DNA of 47,542 nt from NCBI GenBank assembly GCA_000388065.2, contig KB932214.1; one strand, given 5' to 3'. Of this stretch, positions 26,401-36,585 are shown piece by piece. Within the stretch, counting starts at the first letter, position 1. Each line of letters starts with the position of its first letter. A model generated the notes under the pieces. It made no database searches and had not been told where the DNA came from. It worked only from the letters and a program-made list of their open reading frames with translations. Made by a program: the position numbers and the translations under genes. This stretch comes from Fonticula alba ATCC 38817. Its lineage: Eukaryota > Protista > Nucleariida.

Positions 26401-26649
26401 CGGTGGGCAGCGCTCTGGGCATACAGCTGCCGGAGGAAGTCCCCCAGAACTGGGTCGACGTTAAGATGGCCGCGTGAGGATAGCCATCCTGGGGCAAAGA
26501 GGAGGGGGCAGGGACAACATCAGAGGGCAGCCCGACCGGGGAGGGCAATCGGCGAGGAACCACGCACCGGGGACATTGCCGATGTCAATTTGGATGTCGG
26601 CCAGGTCGGCCAGGTGGCTGCCCCCCGGAGGGGGGTGCGCAGTCAGCAT
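23425..26649 (-). CDS. CDK5RAP3: CDK5RAP3/C53 (DUF773) homolog, divergent, ~820-850 aa, 7 exons
   Basis: Exons 26649-26568, 26488-26123, 25916-25511, 25417-24403, 24317-24149, 24069-23855 (or -23777), 23637-23425. Collinear similarity to C53 as I recall it: IQIDIGNVPGWLSSRGH ~ IDIQTSKLLDWLVDRRH; TVGNLRRQ ~ EIPSLKKQ; an acidic disordered region with three Trp motifs; LRAFFQQLRDEQARSSADLFS ~ LEIFLAQRAVELSEEADVLS; terminal CPIEV ~ RPVNL. The last intron is ambiguous; the alternative stop is at 23759. Confidence 0.72.
25934..26080. repeat. (GGA/AGA)n trinucleotide purine tract; pyrimidine-rich on the gene strand, inside a modelled CDK5RAP3 intron
   Basis: Near-pure GAG/GAA repeats inside modelled intron 26122-25917. 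Confidence 0.85.
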
Positions 26650-26978
26650 CGTGTCTGGAGCACGGCGGGGCAAGAGAGAGAGAGAGGGGGGGGAGGGAGG
26701 GAGAGAGAGGAGGCGATATGGGGAAGGGAAAGGCGGGAGGGAGGCGGTGCCGGCATTAGGGCAGGGGCACCGCTGCACCTGTGTTTTGGGGTGTCGCGCC
26801 CGAGGTCGACCGGTGTGGCGGGGAGAAGGGGTGCGCGATCTACGCCCGGAAAGGTGCGGTGGGAGGGGGGGCCTGTCTGGCTCGCAGGCAACGGGGGGTG
26901 ATGGCGCTCGGACAAGCCAGGAACGTGGGAAATAGCTGGAGATATATGCCCCTCCCCCTGGTCGAGGGTCACCCTTCG

Positions 26979-27050
26979 GGGGGCTTAGCTCAGTGGTAGA
27001 GCACTCGACTCCAGATCGAGCGGTCAGTGGTTCGATCCCTCTAGTCCCCA
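26979..27050 (+). tRNA. trnW: tRNA-Trp (anticodon CCA)
   Basis: Cloverleaf: acceptor GGGGGCT/AGTCCCC, D arm GCTC/GAGC, anticodon arm CTCGA-CTCCAGA-TCGAG, T arm AGTGG-TTCGATC-CCTCT (one T-T mismatch), discriminator A. A and B boxes intact. Confidence 0.95.
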
Positions 27051-27059
27051 TTTCTTTTT
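27051..27059 (+). terminator. RNA polymerase III oligo-T terminator
   Basis: TTTCTTTTT immediately after the tRNA. Confidence 0.7.
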
Positions 27060-27289
27060 CGTCTCATCCGCGACCGATGACGGGCTATTTTTTTTGTTTT
27101 GCGGTCATTTTATCGGCCGGGGGAGGCGGGCAGTCGGGAGGGGTGGGCGGGCGGTGCACCGGCCACCAAACGAACGATGTCCTTTCGCGCTCGGGGCAGC
27201 CTGGGAAGACGGTAGCAATGTGTATTAGCGGGGGACAGGTGCGCGTGGGTCGGCCCCTCGGGCGTATGGCGGGGAGGGGAGTGGTCTAT

Positions 27290-30200
27290 CTACTCGGGCG
27301 GTGCCAGGATCTGGGCAGACACGTGGGAGGCCAGCGGCCGCGAGGCGGGATCGAAGGCCCAAAGGGAGTGGAGCAAGGACAGGGCCTTCAGTGCGATGGG
27401 CGGGGGGGCCGGGCGGCCGGGTGCGTCGAGGCGCAGGCCGGGCCCATAGGAGTCCGGTAGCTCCCCGGACTGAACGCGTGTGGCAATGTCCGACGAGAGG
27501 AGACCTGGGGCAGGGGGAGGAGGGGGGGGGGGACGAGGACGCAGAGGGTGGCATGTGTGTGAGGATGGGAGGCCGGCCCGAGGCATAGGAGGGTATAAAA
27601 GTGGGGGCGTACCGTTCCAGGGTCGCGCGTGGGACAGGAGATGCCAGATGACGGCGCCGAGGGAGAAGATGTCGGCAGCCATGTGGTTGAGTGCGGCTAC
27701 TTGGGTTTGCGGTGCGCTCATGGCGCCGAGGACCTAGGAACGACCAGCCGGCGGGGGGGGCGCGGGGGGGGACATGAATCGATGAGCCGGCGTCCGGTCG
27801 GGCTGTGACATACCGAGACCTTGGAGAATGGAGGACAGATCATCGCCACCCAGAGGGCCGGGGGTCGAGTCGAGCAGGTTCATCATGTCGGCCTGGTACC
27901 GCTCGAGGACCAGGGTGGAGGGGTCCTCGGTGTAGCCAAACAGCTTGACCACATTCGGGGAACTTTGCAGGGCCCTGCCGGTGGGAAAGCCGCGGAGGAG
28001 GAGCGACCATCAAGCCGGCGGGCAGGGGGGGGGGGGGGGGTACCCGGGCGGGGCGCAGCATTTTCCCGGCAGGAGGGGAGAGGTGGGTGACCAGGGCGTT
28101 AGACATGTGCATTGGGTGAGCGCGTGCAAGCAAGCGAGGCCCGAAACCCCATGGAGATACGAACCAGAGAATGGAGAGCTCATTCTTGAACATGGCCTGG
28201 ACCTGCACCAGCGTGACGGACATGTTCATTTGGGGGGCATCTGATGTTTGGCGCGATGCCAGAGTGTCGGACGGGTCGGGGGGTCAGTGGGCGTCCTACT
28301 GCGGCGGGTGCTCGGAGTGCGAGCTGAACGGCATCGCCGAAGATGGGCGCCGATACCCGGGGTCGGGGGAGGGGCGTGGGGAGGGCGACGCACCATTGGG
28401 CATCTTGATGACCAGGGGGGTGTCATTGGCGGACTCGAGGAGGCGACTGCTGAGGGCGGCCACCGGGAAGACGCCGCCCTGCGAGCCGCAGCCGCTTGGG
28501 GCCTTGCGATCGATGCGCAGATCCCGGTGGTACGAGAGGAGGAGGAATCCCGGGAGAGCAAGATCTGCACATGGGGATGGGCGGTCAGACGCGGCGTGGA
28601 GCCGGATTGGCGGGTACGCGCATGGGTAGGCCCCGGAAGGGCGGGATGCCGGCACTTGGGGCACATACCGAGGACGGTGTTCATGATGGTGCTATTCTCG
28701 TCGTCCGCGGCAGGGGGCTGGCACGTGTGCACGGGTGTAGCCGAGTGGGGGGGGGGGGGGGGACAGGATATGAGCATGCGCGGCCGAAGAAAGGCGGGGC
28801 AGGTCGATGATAGAAGGTGTGGCGCCGGAGGGCGGAGGCCCCGGCAGGTCAGGCCAGTGGGGTGGTTGGGCTGCCGGGAGACCCGGAGGGGGTCCACGGG
28901 AGAGGGGTGGACAAACGCACCGGAGCCGGTGCCAGGACGGGGGGCTTTGCCAGGCGTGCCCGTTTCACCACAAGAAAGTAGACAAGGGTCCCGGCAACGA
29001 GCAGGAGGATCAGCAGACACAGGCCCACCGAAACCCCGAGAATGGTGGTTCGGGCTGGTGGGTGCCATGGGCGTGCGCGGGGAGAGGAGGGGGGGGGGGG
29101 GGGAGCGAGCGAGACAGGCCTCGACAAGGGCAGCTCAGGTCAATAGGGACACCACCGATCCGCCAAGGGTGCCCGTGCGTGGGGGGAGAAGGGCGGGGTG
29201 GCATGGCTGGCGGGCGTGGGCGGCGGCGGAGATGGGCACAGGGTCAGGCGAAGGACGACGTACAGGTGGACATGCAAGACATGTCGGCCTGGCACCAGGT
29301 CAGCTCACAGAGGTGCTCGTCGGGGCCGGTGCACGTGTGGCAGCCCGGGGCACAGGGCACGCACTCGGCCATGCGCTGGCCGCCAAAGTGCTCGGGGTAG
29401 AAGCCCCCGGGGCAGGATTGGACACAGGTGGTCATGGGCTCGGTGACGGCCGACGCCACGGTGGCGCTGGTGTTGAGGCGGCGCGTGTGGGGATCCAGGC
29501 GGAGCATCAGCAGGCCGGCCTTGCAGGCGGTGCAGCCCGCTCGGTCGCACCGGTCGCAGCCGGCGGTGCAGGGGTGACACACCCGGGCCGCGGCGTCGAG
29601 CCAATGCTCCTCCACCGGGCAGTCCGTGTGGCAGGACCCCTGGCGCAGGAGGAGGTCCCCGCGACAGGAGAGGCAATGGGCCGGGGTGGGGCCGTCGCAC
29701 GTGGCACATGGCTGGACACAGGCCAGGCAGACCCCCCCGGCCTCGGGGGCGGTGAAGTACCCGGCAGGGCAGACCTCCAGGCAGGCCCCGGCATGGAGGT
29801 GACGCCCGACCGGGCATGCCACACAGGCAGCCTCGTCGCCGGGGCGCAGGCAGCCCTGGCAGGTGGGGTGGCAGGGCTGGCATGACAGCTGCCCGGTGGG
29901 GGAGATGCCCTCGGCCTCGGTGGCCGGGTCGCATGTGTCAATGCACCGGCCGGTGGACGGGCGCAGCCGGTGGTTGGGATCGGCGCAAACGGTGCATGCC
30001 CCGTGTGGCTCGATGCAGCGACTGCATGCGGCGCTGCAGCGAATGCACCGGCGCTCCGGGACATTCGGCCAGAAGCCGGTCGGACAGGAAAAGACACAAT
30101 CCCCGGGCGGGCCGGGCAGCAGGAGGAAGCCCTCGGAGCAGCTGGTGCAGGAGAGATCCGAGCGCGTCTTGGTGCCGGCGTCCGAGGGGGCCGGGTCGCA

Positions 30201-32615
30201 GGTGGTGCAGCCGGTCGGGCAGGGCTCGCACTGGCGAGGACCGGCATCCTTGGGCGCGGCCGCGCGGGCCCGGGCAGGAGCGAAGTGCCCGGCCGGGCAG
30301 GCGGCCATGCAGGCCCCCCGGAAGAGGAGGTCCTCGGCATTGGTGCAGGAGAGGCAATTGTCGGCGCCGGGGCCGATGCATTCGCGGCAGGAGCCATGGC
30401 AGGGGCGGCACTCGCCGCGGGCGAGATCCGAAAACATGCCCTGCGGGCAGCTGGTCACGCACATGGTCCCGGCCGGCCGGGCGGCGGCCCCGGCCGGGGG
30501 CACCTCGGCGGCCAGACGCAGGGACCCGCGCGGGCAGGCCGAACAGCCATTCGGCCCGGGGGCCTGGCACTGGGCACAGGAGGGGTCGCACCGGGCGCAG
30601 GAGATGGACGAGTCGGCGAACCAGCCGAATGCGGAGCAGGCATCGCGACATTCGCCGGCTTGGAGGACCTTGTTCTTGGGGCAGGACATGCACTGGGTGC
30701 TGGCCGGGCCGCTGCAGGTGTCGCCGCAGGTGGGCGAGCACCGGGCGCAATGGCCGCCAAGGAGGAGGGTATGCCGCCGGGGGCACTCTTCGACGCAATT
30801 GCCGTCCAGGGTGACCAGGCCGTAGCGGCACACGAGGCACTCGATGACGGCCGGGTCGTGGGGCGCCCGGCGGCAGAGTTCGCAATCGCGCCCGCATTCG
30901 ACACATTGGGAGGGGTCGTTCATGCAGTCGGGAACGCAATCGCCATGGTCCTTGGGCGGGGACACCGGGGGGATGGGCTGGCGAATGGTCAAGGGGGCCT
31001 GGCATTTGGTGCAGTCATTGACATTGGGGCCTTTGCACTCGGCACACAGGTTGAAGCAGGGCTGGCAGACATTGCCCGAGGAGAGGTCGTGGGTGTTGTA
31101 GTGGCCCGGCGGGCAGGCTTCCATGCAGACGTCATTGTGGCGGTGGAAGGTGGGCTCGCACATTTCGCAAATTTTGGCGCTCTGACACCGGGAGCAGCCC
31201 TGGCCGCAGGGGAGGCACCGCTCGCCGCTGGGGAAGGTCCCGGTCGGGCAGGAGGGCACACATTGCCAGTCGTTCAGGAAGAAGCCCGGTCGGCAGGCCG
31301 AGCACCGGGGGATGTCGGTCCCCGGGGCGGGGGCCGTGGCGTCGGTCGGCGGGGCGGCCGGCGGGGCGGTGCACCGGGCACAGGCAGCCGGGCAGGTGTC
31401 ACAGCGGTTGCCCTCGGCGGAGGTGAAGGTGCCGGCCGGGCAGGAGCCCACACATTGGCCCTCGTGCAGGTAGCGATCCTCTTGGCAGGTGAAGCAGCGC
31501 CCGGGGGCGCCATCATGGAGGGCGGCCTCGCAGGCGAGGCAGCCGGCGCTGCATGGCGCGCAGTGGGGCCCGCTCGGGGCGTTTGTCTCGACAAAGCCGG
31601 CCGGGCATATGGTGACACATGCGCGCTGGTGGAGGAAGAAGCCGGGCTGGCAGGCGCTGCATGGGCCGGTGGGGCCGGCACACGCGCCGCAGCCGGCAGG
31701 ACAGCCGGCGCACATGCCCCGCTTGGCGTCGGGGAAGAAGCCCCCCGGGCAGGAAGTGCCACAGGTACCCCGGTGGAGGACATGGCCGGTGTGGCAGGCC
31801 GTGCAGGCGGTCGGCCCGGTGCAGGTGGAGCACCCCGCCGGACAGGGGGTACATGCCTGCCCGGTGAGGTGATAGCCCGGGGCGCATGCGGTACACACGC
31901 CGCCGGCGGCGCAGGAGGTGCAACTGCTGGGGCAGGGGACACACTGGCGATCGGGCCCGGGCGCGTGGCCCGGTGGGCAGGCGCTGACGCAGGCATCCTC
32001 GTGGAGGAAGTGTCCGGCGGCACAGGCCGTGCAGTATCCGGCACTGGAGCACTGGGTGCAGCCGGAGGAGCAGGGCAGGCAGTCGTAGCCGGCCAGGTAG
32101 AAGCCGGGGTGGCAGCCGAAGCACCGGCCGCCCGGGTCGCAGTGGTAGCAATTGAGCGTGGAGCAGGGCCGACAGGACCACGGGCCCTCCAGGAAGAAGC
32201 CGGTCATGCATTCGGCGCACCGGCCCCCGGTGGAGGCGTAGTAGAGGCAATTTTCCACGAGATTCGGCTGGCAATAGGCCACCCCGTCGACGGTGTAGGG
32301 CTCCGAGGGGCAGGTGTCGGTGCAGGTGGCCGGATCGCCGAGGTGCAGGTATAGGCCGGGCCGGCAGCGGGTGCAGCCGGACTCGTTGCACGCGGTGCAC
32401 TCGGCCGGGCAGGCGGCTCGCGGTGCCGCGTGTGGCCGGGCAAGGGGCCCTCCGGCGTGCTTCGGAGCCGGGGCCGCGGGGGCATCGCCGGGGGGTGGCC
32501 GAGCGAAGGCCAGCGTCGTGAGCAACAGAACAAGCCCCAACAGGGACAGGCAGGGGAGGAGGGCCGGTGGCCCGGGGAACCGGCGTCGGGCCATTCGGGG
32601 GCCGAGGCCGGGCAT
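27290..32615 (-). CDS. Single-pass receptor with furin-like Cys-rich repeat ectodomain and a TKL-like kinase domain lacking subdomains VIb-VIII (pseudokinase or disrupted gene), ~1400 aa
   Basis: Exons 32615-29264, 29054-28921, 28717-28669, 28564-28394, 28240-28165, 27974-27814, 27733 or 27696 to 27613, 27504-27290. Signal peptide (LLPCLSLLGLVLLLTTLAFA), >1000 aa of CxxC repeats, TM ILGVSVGLCLLILLLVAGTLVYFLVV. Kinase elements GCGSQGGVF, LVIK, FKNE, NVVKLFGY, DIFSLGAVIW, WAFDPASRP are present; HRD, DFG and APE are not. Confidence 0.8.
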
Positions 32616-33717
32616 AGCTCGAGTGCCAGGGCAGCAAAAGGGGGCGGGAAGGAGACGGGGCGGTGGGGTGAGGCGAGTGCAGGCGGGCGGTGCCTCGAGC
32701 AGCAGCGGGCCTGCCGGCGGGTGGGTGTCTCTTGGCCGGGATCCCCCCAGGGTCGACTTGCCGGATCGGAGGCGGGGGAGACGCCGGCATCCGATGGGGC
32801 CCGGGCCGAGACGGCATACCAGCGCCGCAGCACCAGCGACATAATTTGTCGAGGGGGGCGGGGGGCAGGAGGCAGGGCGGGGCGAGGCACCGTGGTCAAA
32901 ACACATCTGGTCGCGTGTGCTTCGATCGCCGAGACATGGCACGATCGGGGATGTTCCCCCCCCCCCCTCCCCTTCCCGGCCCGGGTGTCTCCCCCCTCGG
33001 GGCCGGGGGTGACGTATACTGGCGGGGATTGCCGATCTTGTCCGTGGTGCCCGGGGGAGAGGGGCCATGTCGCGCGGCAGCGTGATGTGCTCTTCCCGGG
33101 GGGATTGGGTATCGGACCAGAGGCGCGCCGGGCAGCGAGGCAGATGCATGGGTCGCCCCGGGGCAGGCCGAGTGGACAGGGTGGCGGGAGGTAATTACAA
33201 TGGTGGCCCGGGTCGGGCTCGGTGCATGTGCATGTGTGTATGTGGCGCTTAACAGATGCCGGTGGCTGGTGCCCGGCGTGGGCGTGTCCGGCAAGACTCG
33301 GGCCAGGCCCTTTTCGGGACCGGGGCCGGCGCCGGGGGGGGGGGGGGGTCAAGACGGGCCGAGGGGCGAAATCAGGAACGCGGGACGCGATGCGGCGCAA
33401 CTTGCCCGGCGCCAAGAACCTCGACACCCATGGATTGCGATCTCGGCGCATCGTCTTGCCCTTGGGTCGCGCGTCACCCCCCCCCCTTCCGATCGTCTCG
33501 CTCGGCCCAGACGGCCTTGGTCATGTTGGAGGAGGAAAAAAGTCCGAGCGGCGGGAGGGGGGGAACAAACGGCCCGGCGCAGGGGCGGGGGGGAGGGGGA
33601 CTTCGTAGGTGTATCCCACCGAGCGGACGTATTTGGGCAACAGCAGAACACCCGTGGTTGCCGACCGCCACCGGGCACAGCCCGCCAAGGTGTCTCCCCT
33701 TCTCCCCCTGCCGCTCC

Positions 33718-33720
<3 letters not shown>

Positions 33721-33764
<44 letters not shown>

Positions 33765-33778
33765 GCGCGCGCGCGCGC
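33721..33778. repeat. Compound microsatellite (AC)15(GC)14
   Basis: Read directly; reverse complement of the (CG)n(TG)n type; lies between two head-to-head genes. Confidence 0.95.
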
Positions 33779-34303
33779 ACATAACCATAAATAAATCTGC
33801 CGGCAGCACTTTGTCGGCTCGCCCCGGGGAATAATGTGGGGGAGGTCGGTGTGGTTGTGGGCGAGGAGGAGGTTGCTGTCGTGGCGTGTGATGTGGGAAT
33901 GGTATTGCCAAATAGGGCGTGACTTCCTGGTGCCAACGATGCTTGTCATTCGTTGGGACTGATCGGCATGAAGCCGCATTGGCCGCCTTTCCCTGCGCCA
34001 AGAAGAGGGAGGCCATGTCCCTGGGGCCCTCTCGTCTGCCGCGTCCGGGAGCATGCCCGTCCAGGGGTGGAAAGCAGCACACCAGCCTTTTGTGCGAGAT
34101 TGCCAGAGGCGGCATCCCGAGCACGTTGTATCCCTCTCCTTCTCCCTCCCTCTCTTTCTCCCCCTCCCCCAGACCGCCCTCCCTTTTTCACGAGCCAGCC
34201 CAGCTCCAAGAGCCTAAGTTGCATCGACACGCACGCACGCACGCACGCACGCACGCACATCCACTCGCCCAACTTGATCGCCTGCTTTTAGCCATACGCC
34301 GAG

Positions 34304-35668
34304 ATGTTCGCACGCCTGGGGCCACTGGTCCTCCGGCGCCGGCCTGCATCTCGGTCGCTGGCGATGCTGGCCGCGTCGCGATCGGCGCCGCCGTCACCGA
34401 CGGGCCCCCCATCGAGCACCGGCCCCTTGGCAGCCCCGCAGCAGCCGGCACCGAGTCCGAGCAGCCGGTCCCCCGCGCCACGGCCAGGATGCCTGCCGGG
34501 GGGCAAGCGCTTGCCGGCGTCCGTGTGGCTTATCCAACTCCCGGAAGTCCCCCTGACGCCGGGCGAGCTCTACTGCCGGGACATCGAGGCCGGGCGAAAG
34601 CCCCTTCCGAAGGGCTTTGACTCGGTCAATTGCCTGCGGCTGCTGCTGCGGCTGTTGGGCTTGCAGATGCAGGCGTGCACCATGATGATGCTCGGCCGGC
34701 TGATGGGGTTCGACCAGAACACCATCCAGGTGCTGAGCCGGGAATATATCCTGCAGGGGCTGGCGATCCCGCCGCCGGGGCGCAAGACGGCCCCGCGCGC
34801 CGTACGCACGGTCCAATTCTCGGAGGAGGCCCTGGCCGAAGTGGAAGACCTGATGACCCGCGACCCGCCGGTGCCGGTGAAGGTGATCGGGTATCTGCTG
34901 GGGTTACCCCACCCGATCTTGTATCGCGGCATTGAGACCATGCTGCCGGATTTGATGCCGCCGGTGGAAGATCGGGGGCCCTGCCTGTGGCGCCTGCTGA
35001 TGCTGGCTTCCGTGCGCCCGCCGATGCACCTCCGGCAGATGGCGACGCTGCTGTCCGTCTCGCAGAGGGCCATCCACCGTGCGGTCGACATTTCGGCCTT
35101 CATGCCGACCTTGCAGATCGACAAGCCCTCGGCCTCGCAGTGGCGGCGGCTCCGGGAACTCCTGGCCCAGGAGGACCCGGTGCTCTCCCTGGCGGAGATC
35201 GCCGACCAAACCAACATCAACATCCGGACCCTGATGAGCTGGGGCCCATACATTGACCCCTCCTATGCGGCCCGGGCATGGGGGCAGCTGGACCAGATGC
35301 ATCCATTGCGATCGGGCTCCTCGCCGGCCGGCATGGCACTTCACAGGGGCACCACGGGCCAGACCCTGAGGGCCTTTCAAATTCGCTGGTATCGCCAGCT
35401 TTATCTGTTTGCCAAGCCGCCGGGCGCATCGAACGCCGGCTTGAAGTCGCACAATCGGCCACGCCAGCTGGCGACGATCACCATGGGGGACTATCTCGAC
35501 CGGTGTTGTCCCCTGCCGCTGGAGGCCATGGTGTCCATGGCGGCCGATGAGGGGGCCGACGCGGCGCCCCGCTTGGGCCCCGGCGACGATGTGCACTCCG
35601 AATCCCTCGCCCGGGACGACGCCCAAGACGGCGGGGGGGCTGCTGGCGCCGGCGTCGGGCCCGCCACG

Positions 35669-35701
<33 letters not shown>

Positions 35702-36424
35702 ACCACCGCCACCAGCGACCATGGCAACTGGTCGTCGGAGGACGAGCGGCTGCTGTGTCTCCTGTCTCTGCGGCCGGCCTTGTCGATCTTCGAGATATCG
35801 GTGCAGATGTCGGTCCCGAAGCACACCCTGCAGGAGCGCATCCGTCGGTTGAAGATTGACGAGGGCCTCCGGTCGAATGCCCCCTACATGCGCTTGACCG
35901 CCAGGGGGATCGCCGACTTCCGCCAGCTGGCCCTGGAGGCGGATCCCTCGAAGGCCGGGCATACGCGACGCTCGGTGCGGGACATTGCCCGGAAGTTGGG
36001 CCGCTCGCCGGATGAGGTGTTCTCCGCGCTGCACCGGTACTGTCCGGAGTACTTTTTCCTGGGGCTTCCGCCGGAGCTCGCGTCCGGCCCGGCGGGCATG
36101 TATGTCCCGGAGGAAAAACTGCAGCCCCTGCTGGCGGCGGTGGCGAACCAGTACCCGGTGCCGGTGTTGCACCAGGTGGCGGTGGATCTGGCCTGCTCCC
36201 TGCCCCAGGTGATCAACTCGCTGCGGGTCCATCTGCCGGACATGCCGCTGCCGCAGTACTCTCGGACCTTTTTGTATCGTCTCCCGGAGCTGGAGGCCTT
36301 CCTCAGCCAGGGGACCTGGCCATCACGGAGAAAGATGGCGGCGCATTTTGGCATCAGCCTGTACACACTCTCGCACGCCTTGCAGACCATCGGCTATGTG
36401 CCCGCTCAAAAGTCGACTGTGTAG
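34304..36424 (+). CDS. Uncharacterised intronless protein with ~8 tandem HTH-like repeats and a mitochondrial-presequence-like N-terminus (family copy A), 706 aa
   Basis: ATG-to-TAG ORF, collinear with 37513-39567. Repeats such as LSLAEIADQTNINIRTL, SVRDIARKLGRSPDEV, VLHQVAVDLACSLPQV, SRRKMAAHFGISLYTL. Confidence 0.8.
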
Positions 36425-36585
36425 AAGATCGGAAGAGCACACGTCGGAGCTGGAGGCCTTCCTCAGCCAGGGGACCTGGCCATCACGGAGAAAGATGGCG
36501 GCGCATTTTGGCATCAGCCTGTACACACTCTCGCACGCCTTGCAGACCATCGGCTATGTGCCCGCTCAAAAGTCGACTGTGTAGA
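36286..36585 (+). repeat. 140-bp direct duplication (36286-36425 and 36446-36585) of the 3' end of copy A, probably artefactual
   Basis: The two copies read identically by eye and are separated only by the adapter. Confidence 0.9.
36426..36445 (+). other. Illumina TruSeq adapter fragment (assembly artefact)
   Basis: AGATCGGAAGAGCACACGTC equals the first 20 nt of the TruSeq adapter and sits between two identical 140-bp copies. Confidence 0.95.

Noticed and set aside
26979-27050. Possible UGA-readthrough variant of tRNA-Trp
   Set aside because: The anticodon stem is a full 5 bp, not the 4-bp form linked to UGA decoding; the single T-arm mismatch is unremarkable; UGA is used as a stop in several genes here.
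27734-27813. AHRFMSP read in frame through the kinase intron, resembling HRD
   Set aside because: Lacks the catalytic Asp, runs into C-homopolymers and an in-frame TAG, is bounded by consensus splice sites, and no DFG follows.
36286-36585. Repeat-spacer-repeat structure resembling a CRISPR unit or transposon footprint
   Set aside because: The spacer is the Illumina adapter and the repeats are the end of a CDS.
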